Shown here: in pieces, positions 57,566 through 64,000 of the stretch
Numbering within the stretch: the stretch's first letter is position 1
How the letters are laid out: each line of letters begins with the position of its first letter
Source: a virus
Length of the DNA: 64,000 bases
Strand: one strand, 5' to 3'
IMG/VR virus record: IMGVR_UViG_3300026097_001055
Location: 1-64,000 of that record
Notes under the pieces: generated by a model
The model's input: the letters and a program-made list of their open reading frames with translations, nothing else
What the model was told of the DNA's origin: nothing
Database searches by the model: none
Position numbers and translations under genes: made by a program

Positions 57566-60500
57566 TGGCTAAGAGAAAAGTTCAAATAGTAGATTTACCT
57601 AAAGCACAAACAGGTCAACAAGTAGGTTATGGTCTTTATAATAGACTTGCTACTATGGGGGGTTTAAGTAATCAAAGAAGAGGTACTACAACATCTGTTA
57701 ATAAAAGTATGGGTCGTGTAGCTGAAGGAGAAGAACCTAATCTAGAAGCAGAAGGTGGAGAAACTGTAATGGTGCCTGGATTATATGGTGGCGTTCCTAC
57801 ACATTTTAATATCACAGGACCAAGACATGCTCAAGGTGGTGTTGCTATGAATCTTCCTGAAGATAGTTTTATATTTTCTGACTTTGTTCAGATGAGATTA
57901 AAAGATCCAGATGTGTTGAATTATTTTGGTAAAACGGCAAAAAAAAGAGGAAAAGGAAAAGGTTACACTCCTGCAGATATTGCCAAGCAATATGATATAA
58001 ATAAATACATAGAGATACTTAATGACCCTAACTCAGATGATATAGATAAAAAAACTGCTGAGATAATGATTAAAAATTATAATCTTAAGTTGGGTGCTTT
58101 AGGTTTAGTACAAGAATCTCAAAAAGGATTTGAAGATGGTATACCCGAAGTAAGCATGCCTTATATGGATCATATGAGAATTACTGAAAAAGATTTAGGT
58201 GTACAGTCAAAAGAATCTAAAGAACTTACTGTAATCATAGAGCAAATGTTACAAGAAGGTTTGCCTATAGAAGAAATTATAGCTAAGCTTATTACTGAAG
58301 AGATACCACCAGAAGTTATTATAGATGCATTAGTAGGTACAGAAATGAGTGAAGAAGAAGCTATTCAATTAGTAGAAGGTATTATATCTGAATTAATGAA
58401 TGAAACTTCTATGAATCAAGAGCAAATGCCTCAACAACAAATGCAACAAGAAATGCCACAACAAATGATGGATCCTAATATGATGTCTCAAGAACCTATG
58501 TCACCAGAAATGATGTTACATGGGGGTAGAGTACAGCCAAAATTAAGAAAATTAAAAAGAGCACAACAAGGAGGAATGTCTCCAGAAATGATGCAGCAAC
58601 AAGGTCCGCCACAAGGACAAGCACAAGGACAAGATCCTATGGCTGAGGTAATAACAATGATTGAACAGATGTTACAACAAGGTGTTGAACTACCTGCTGT
58701 TATATTTGAATTAATTAATATGCAAGTACCTGAACAAATAGTTGCAGAAGTTTTAATGCAATTAGGTGTACCAGAACAAGAAATTCAACAAGCTTTTGAA
58801 ATAGCTATGTCTCATCCTGAGATGCAACAAAGTCAAGAACCTGTTATGGACCCTGCTATGATGCAAGGTCAAGGGGTGAGTCCTGATATGATGCCTGCTA
58901 TGGATCCATCAATGATGCAAATGGGGGGTATGCAACAAGAACCTACATTAGAGGAAATGATTGCAGAAGCTTTACAACAAGGTGCTGAACCACAAAAAAT
59001 AATAGAGGCTCTGGTAAAACAAGGTTTAGATCCACAACGTGCTCAACAAAGCGTTCAACAAGTTGCTCAAATGATGATGGGTCAACAACCTCAAGCAGTT
59101 ATGCAAAAAGGAGGAAGTCTTAAAAAATATAAAAAAGCTGGACAAGTTCCTAAAAAATACAGAACTGATAAAAGATATAATATAACAGATCCTGACTTTA
59201 CATATGCAGGTTTAAAAAAAGGAGATTATATTAATTTAGGTGATGGTAAATTTCAAAAAATAAATGTTGATATATCTGATGATTTTACATATGATAAAAC
59301 TTTAGAAGGTGGTGTTAGAGATGACATTGAATCAGCCTTATTTCAGCTAGCTTATTTTAAAGAGTTAAGTAAAAATCCTGAGTTAAAAAGAGCTTTTCAT
59401 AAGGCTTACATAGATATCATTAAAGACAAAGAACTGTTTACATCTAAAAAGGGAACTACCTCTAAGTTTTTTGGAGATAAAGAATTAGAAAAAGTTACCC
59501 CTGATGAGCTTATAGATATCTATACTAAACATATAGAAACAAATGCTAATCTTTATTTAACAGGTTTAGATGCTACTGATTTTACTCAAAATGGTAAGTT
59601 AGCAGCAAACGTACCTAAAGAAAAGAAAGAGCTTTATAAAAAGATGGCAGGTGATAAAGACAACCCTACTCTTCAAGATATATATGAAGCAAAAGGTTTA
59701 TCACCTAAAGGTATAGATATAGCTAAATCACAAGCTGGTCAATGGGCTTATCAAAAAATAGCAGCGGAGCCTGAGAAATATATAGAAGATCCTGAACTAG
59801 TAGAGATAGCAAAAGCTACTATTAAGCCAGATCCTTCTATGGGTGCAGAAGATGAAACAGGAACAAAATATGAGCATAAATCAATTTCACCTATTGATGG
59901 TTATTTAGGTAATACAACTATAGGTCATTTAGGTACTACTACTTTACTAGGTGATGCCTTTATTGATGAAGAACTAGAAGAAGAAATAGAAGAAGTAGAA
60001 GAAATAGAAGAAGATGATGATTACATTCCTTATCAAGCTCCTAGACCATGGGTAGATTTAGGTATGAGTAGTGCACATAAAAGACAATATGCGGATGCGT
60101 TAAGTAGAAGAAATTTACCACCATTAGTGTTAGGTCAACCTGATGTAAACATGCGAGCTCCTGATTATGTATTAAAAGACTGGAGAGGTATGCAGTTTGA
60201 CGCAGCTAGTGATTATAAACAAGGTTTTGAATCAATGGCTGCTAATACTGCTAACCCTGCAGTAGCTAGAGCTAACATGGTTGCTGGAATGGGTAAGTTA
60301 GCAGATACAGCAGGTAAATTTAGAAGTGATACTTTAGATTATAATGTTGCTGTACAAAATCAATTCAGTCCAATGATTGAAGATGTATATAATAAGATGA
60401 ATATCCAAAGAGGTACTTTATGGGATAAGAACTTAGGAGACATGAATCAAAGAAGACAAGAACAGTGGTTAGCTAAACAAAAGTCACAAACAGATGCTAT

Positions 60501-60861
60501 TAACGTACTCAATGCTAGTGATCAAGATAAAGCTTATAGAGCAGCTTTAATGTATAATAATCCTCAACAAGCTATAACTCCAGATGGTTTATTGTATTAT
60601 CATAACCCAAAAGCTATTACACCAGATGCTACTCCAGGAAGTGATATAGCAAGTAGTTATAAAAAATACTTTAATCTTACAGGTAAAGAAGATTTAGCTG
60701 TAAAATTAGCAGAACTTGAAAGAGGTAAAGGACACTTTGATAAAAACCGTGCTCAAGATCCAGATGATGCAGATTATATGGAATATTTGGCAAGTAAACA
60801 ATCTAAAAAAGGAGGAGAACATGGAGTACATGCTTCAGACTTATTTCCTTTCTGGTATTAA
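57565..60861 (+). CDS. Large putative virion cargo protein
   Basis: EAEGGE...GPRHAQGGV...IFSD N-terminal domain, Q/M-rich repeats and GG motifs. Confidence 0.7.
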   Translation: MAKRKVQIVDLPKAQTGQQVGYGLYNRLATMGGLSNQRRGTTTSVNKSMGRVAEGEEPNLEAEGGETVMVPGLYGGVPTHFNITGPRHAQGGVAMNLPEDSFIFSDFVQMRLKDPDVLNYFGKTAKKRGKGKGYTPADIAKQYDINKYIEILNDPNSDDIDKKTAEIMIKNYNLKLGALGLVQESQKGFEDGIPEVSMPYMDHMRITEKDLGVQSKESKELTVIIEQMLQEGLPIEEIIAKLITEEIPPEVIIDALVGTEMSEEEAIQLVEGIISELMNETSMNQEQMPQQQMQQEMPQQMMDPNMMSQEPMSPEMMLHGGRVQPKLRKLKRAQQGGMSPEMMQQQGPPQGQAQGQDPMAEVITMIEQMLQQGVELPAVIFELINMQVPEQIVAEVLMQLGVPEQEIQQAFEIAMSHPEMQQSQEPVMDPAMMQGQGVSPDMMPAMDPSMMQMGGMQQEPTLEEMIAEALQQGAEPQKIIEALVKQGLDPQRAQQSVQQVAQMMMGQQPQAVMQKGGSLKKYKKAGQVPKKYRTDKRYNITDPDFTYAGLKKGDYINLGDGKFQKINVDISDDFTYDKTLEGGVRDDIESALFQLAYFKELSKNPELKRAFHKAYIDIIKDKELFTSKKGTTSKFFGDKELEKVTPDELIDIYTKHIETNANLYLTGLDATDFTQNGKLAANVPKEKKELYKKMAGDKDNPTLQDIYEAKGLSPKGIDIAKSQAGQWAYQKIAAEPEKYIEDPELVEIAKATIKPDPSMGAEDETGTKYEHKSISPIDGYLGNTTIGHLGTTTLLGDAFIDEELEEEIEEVEEIEEDDDYIPYQAPRPWVDLGMSSAHKRQYADALSRRNLPPLVLGQPDVNMRAPDYVLKDWRGMQFDAASDYKQGFESMAANTANPAVARANMVAGMGKLADTAGKFRSDTLDYNVAVQNQFSPMIEDVYNKMNIQRGTLWDKNLGDMNQRRQEQWLAKQKSQTDAINVLNASDQDKAYRAALMYNNPQQAITPDGLLYYHNPKAITPDATPGSDIASSYKKYFNLTGKEDLAVKLAELERGKGHFDKNRAQDPDDADYMEYLASKQSKKGGEHGVHASDLFPFWY

Positions 60862-60878
60862 TAAACTTTAATAGTTTA
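60862..60878. promoter_or_regulatory. Palindromic operator-like site
   Basis: TAAACTTT-A-ATAGTTTA. Confidence 0.45.
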
Positions 60879-60928
60879 GTAAACTTAAAATATTTGCATA
60901 CATTTACAGTATAAAATAAAAAATAAAC

Positions 60929-63900
60929 ATGGCAACGTACATACAAGGTCTAACTCAATATTTACCTCAGATACAGCCTTTTCAAAGGGACTTTAATTTT
61001 TTTGCAAATGTAATGCAAAAAAAACAAACTGAATATGATTCGGGTCATCAAGCTATGAATAAGCTTTATGGCTCCATTTTTTATTCTGATGTAAGTAGAG
61101 CAGACAACCAAGAAAAGAAAGAAGAGATTTTAAAGTCTATAGATTATAATTTAAGAAAAGTATCAGGCTTGGACTTATCTTTAGATGAAAACGTTAGACA
61201 AGCTAAACAAGTTTTTAAACCTTTCTATGAAGATCAAAACTTAATGAAAGATATATCTTATACTAAAACTTATCAAAATGCTGTACAAAAAGGTCTTTCA
61301 GCTAAAGACTGTGTAGGTAAAGATTGTCCAGATGTTTATTGGGATGGTGGTCTTAGACTACTTAATCATCAAATGAAAAACTTTAAAAATGCTTCTGCTG
61401 ATAGAGCTATGCAAATGCGTAATCCTACTTATGTTAATAAATTTAATATGATGAAGGAAGCAGCTAAAGCAGCTAAAGAAAATAATTTTGAAATAGTTTT
61501 TGAAGGTCCTAAGAATGGTTATATGGTTAAGGAAAAAAATGGTCCTAATGCTATAGCTCCATTATCTGATTTTCTATACCAAATGTTTGGAGATGACGCT
61601 AGAGCCATAGATTACTATGGTGCTAAAGCACAGCTTAATTTTTATGAAAATCCTGAAGAAACTATTAATCAGTATGAGCTTCAAAAAATGAGAAGCCGTG
61701 CTAAGGACGCAGAGGATTACAAGAATATGATTGAGGAAAAAAGTAAAAGACAAACTTTTGAAAAAAATAAAAGAGTAATCACCACTGCTGAAAATAATAC
61801 TCGTTCAGAATTACATGAAGTAAAAGATAGAAGAAAAACTTTTCAAGATTATGCTACTGAAATGGGTGAGGCTTTTAAAGCATCTCCTGCTAAACAAGCA
61901 TATGATGAAACATTACAAGAGGAAAATGTTAAACAAAGAACTTACGAAAATATAAAAGGTCTTAGTGACAATGTTAGGAATATAAATTATTTTGATGAAG
62001 AAGGTAACCCTGTTGCTGAAGATGTTATTGTTGGAGTAGTTGCTCAAGGAATGATGATAGATGACATTAGTAATTCAGCTAAAGTAATTGCTAATAACAC
62101 CTATGAGCAAACAGTTAAAGGTCCTGATCCATATGCTATGGCTAGATATAAGAATCAACTTCAAGTAGGTTTAGCTAATTACAAAAATGAATTAAAAAAA
62201 GATTATGCTAGATTTGAAGCAAATAATGAACTTGTAAATGATTTAATAGGAGGTAAAGGTAAAAGCAAAAAAGAAGGTAAAAAAACTACAGATCCAGTAG
62301 AGTTAACTAAACAAGAAGAAGCTAAAATAAGAAAAGAAGCTAGTGATAAACTAAAAGAAGAACAAGGAAATGTTGCAGATGAAGACTTAAAAATAGCAGA
62401 GGATAATGCTGTAGAACAAGCAAGAGCTGACAAAAAAAATAAAAGTAAATTAGAAAAAGCTCAAGAATTTAAAGATAAAGAAAAAGAAATTATAGAAGCT
62501 TTTGAATCAGGTGATCTTACAAAAGAACAAGCTAATAAATTGAATGAAGTTATGCAAGAGACTTTTGAGGATATAGGTGAAGATGAGGAAGGTAACTTAA
62601 TACTATTAGCTCCTACAACTATAGACAAAAAAGATGCAATAAACACTTATGAAAAAAAAGATATACCTAAAAATATTACAAATATAAGTGCTTTAGAAGC
62701 TATGTCTTCTGATGAAGACGAAATAAGTTATACAGATGAAGAGGGTACTTTGCAAAATATTGAGTTAACTTTTTCTGATATGAAAAATGCTATTGATAAT
62801 CAAAGTATACAAAATGCAGGAATCATATTAAAATTTAATAAAAATCTAAATGAAAATACAAATTATATAGGTTCTGTTATAGGAAAAACTGTATATGACT
62901 CTTTAAAATCCGAAGATCCTTCTGTTGTAGCTGCTGCTAATCAAGTATTAAGAGGTGTAGGTGTTGACCCAAATGCTTATACAAATAATGCTGATGATTT
63001 AGAAGATGCTATTGTTGATGTTATTAATAATAATCCTGAAAAGTTTAATGATTATTTTTTAGGAAATGTTGTTATTTCAGACAGGGCTGAAGAAATGTTT
63101 AATAAATATAGAGATGAAACTCCAACGGATATAATAAATAAATATATAAATAAAACCTCAACGGAGGTAATAAAAACTAATACTTACAAAGGGGTAACTT
63201 TACCAAAAAATCATAACCCATTTACTTTATTAACAGTAGGTAAAAAATTAGGAATATCTAATGAGACAGTTACTAGATTAAAAATTCAAGAAGATTTAAA
63301 ACAAAAAGTTTCAACTCTTTATGAAAATTACGATAATAAAATAAATGATGCTCTTGAATACGGAGCCTTATCAAGGCACAATAAAAATACTAATGAAGCA
63401 AAAAATACTTATGATGCTTTAGATGAAAGTCCAAATACTTATTTAATGGATAATTATCCTACGATGACTCAGTATATAAAAGCTGGTGAAAAACTAGTAA
63501 AACAAACTGTACCTAGTACTTTCAAAAGTCAATTTAGTAGATTTCTTAGAGATGAAAGTAAAAACAATTATGAAAATTTAAAAAAATATCATGAAGATAA
63601 TCCCGATGTTTTATCTGGAGTTTCGTCTACAAGTGTAAATATTCAATATTTTGAAAAGATAAGTGATTTTAAAGAAACATATAAAGAATCTTTTAATGAA
63701 GACTTTAATTTTAGTTTTGCAGAAATTATACGTTTAGATAAAGCTGGTTTATTGTCAGCAGGAATACCATCTTGGATTGGTCCAGCTGGAGCACCTCGAG
63801 AAAAAGAACCAAGACCTATATTTAAAAAAAATAAAGAAACTGATGACTATGAACTTACACCTGAAGCTATAGCTGGAGGAATTAAATTTGATAATGAAAC

Positions 63901-64000
63901 AAAAAAATTAGATTTGTCTAATATATTTATATCGGCATCTTTAAAAAATATAATACCTTCTTTAGAACAAAACAAAAAAAGACAAATTAATATAGTTGAA
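60929..64000 (+). CDS. Large virion cargo protein, 3' end outside window
   Basis: Manual translation MATYIQGLTQYLPQIQPFQRDFNFFANVMQKKQ...VSGLDLS; frame appears open to the window end (absent from the ORF track). Confidence 0.8.
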   Translation, partial: MATYIQGLTQYLPQIQPFQRDFNFFANVMQKKQTEYDSGHQAMNKLYGSIFYSDVSRADNQEKKEEILKSIDYNLRKVSGLDLSLDENVRQAKQVFKPFYEDQNLMKDISYTKTYQNAVQKGLSAKDCVGKDCPDVYWDGGLRLLNHQMKNFKNASADRAMQMRNPTYVNKFNMMKEAAKAAKENNFEIVFEGPKNGYMVKEKNGPNAIAPLSDFLYQMFGDDARAIDYYGAKAQLNFYENPEETINQYELQKMRSRAKDAEDYKNMIEEKSKRQTFEKNKRVITTAENNTRSELHEVKDRRKTFQDYATEMGEAFKASPAKQAYDETLQEENVKQRTYENIKGLSDNVRNINYFDEEGNPVAEDVIVGVVAQGMMIDDISNSAKVIANNTYEQTVKGPDPYAMARYKNQLQVGLANYKNELKKDYARFEANNELVNDLIGGKGKSKKEGKKTTDPVELTKQEEAKIRKEASDKLKEEQGNVADEDLKIAEDNAVEQARADKKNKSKLEKAQEFKDKEKEIIEAFESGDLTKEQANKLNEVMQETFEDIGEDEEGNLILLAPTTIDKKDAINTYEKKDIPKNITNISALEAMSSDEDEISYTDEEGTLQNIELTFSDMKNAIDNQSIQNAGIILKFNKNLNENTNYIGSVIGKTVYDSLKSEDPSVVAAANQVLRGVGVDPNAYTNNADDLEDAIVDVINNNPEKFNDYFLGNVVISDRAEEMFNKYRDETPTDIINKYINKTSTEVIKTNTYKGVTLPKNHNPFTLLTVGKKLGISNETVTRLKIQEDLKQKVSTLYENYDNKINDALEYGALSRHNKNTNEAKNTYDALDESPNTYLMDNYPTMTQYIKAGEKLVKQTVPSTFKSQFSRFLRDESKNNYENLKKYHEDNPDVLSGVSSTSVNIQYFEKISDFKETYKESFNEDFNFSFAEIIRLDKAGLLSAGIPSWIGPAGAPREKEPRPIFKKNKETDDYELTPEAIAGGIKFDNETKKLDLSNIFISASLKNIIPSLEQNKKRQINIVE

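Noticed and set aside
16776-62646. Short minus-strand and alternate-frame ORFs inside late genes (for example 16776, 20040, 26324, 29609, 31809, 34244, 41812, 55115, 62203)
   Set aside because: Shadow ORFs fully overlapping longer, motif-supported plus-strand genes.
1-64000. Stop-codon reassignment (TAG/TGA), as in some crAss-like phages
   Set aside because: Very long ORFs (up to 1770 aa) are intact in the standard code and coding density is high.
1-64000. tRNA or rRNA genes
   Set aside because: No cloverleaf with T-loop GTTCRA or rRNA-like tract recognised by eye; a tRNAscan-SE/ARAGORN run would confirm.

Overview
AT-rich (about 30% GC by eye) segment of a tailed dsDNA phage related to the crAss-like (Crassvirales-type) Bacteroidota phages, read in the standard genetic code. 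Positions 1-11.8 kb are a minus-strand early/middle arm. It carries an SF2 helicase, a spore-photoproduct-lyase-like radical SAM enzyme, HNH proteins, many small ORFs and long structured non-coding tracts. A strand switch with a GC-rich palindrome and 35-bp repeats lies near 11.9 kb. From 12.2 to 64 kb is a plus-strand late arm: a GroES-like protein, fibre/decoration proteins, holin-amidase-spanin lysis genes, an intein-containing large terminase, portal, scaffold, major capsid protein, a block of small Lys-rich proteins, Cys-rich structural proteins, ring/tail tubular/tail stabilisation proteins and large virion cargo proteins. The most notable unexplained features are: (1) a large, pseudoknot-rich candidate ncRNA interrupted by a self-promoted HNH gene; (2) attC-like integron-type gene cassettes with no integrase in the window; (3) a phi-x-x-G-G peptide motif repeated about 20 times across the basic and cargo proteins; (4) an intergenic hairpin whose loop is antisense to a leader motif shared by several late genes; (5) a tandem cluster of compact structured RNA elements; (6) a class 3 intein that probably starts with Glu. 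Family names come from motif recognition by eye; no database search was run.
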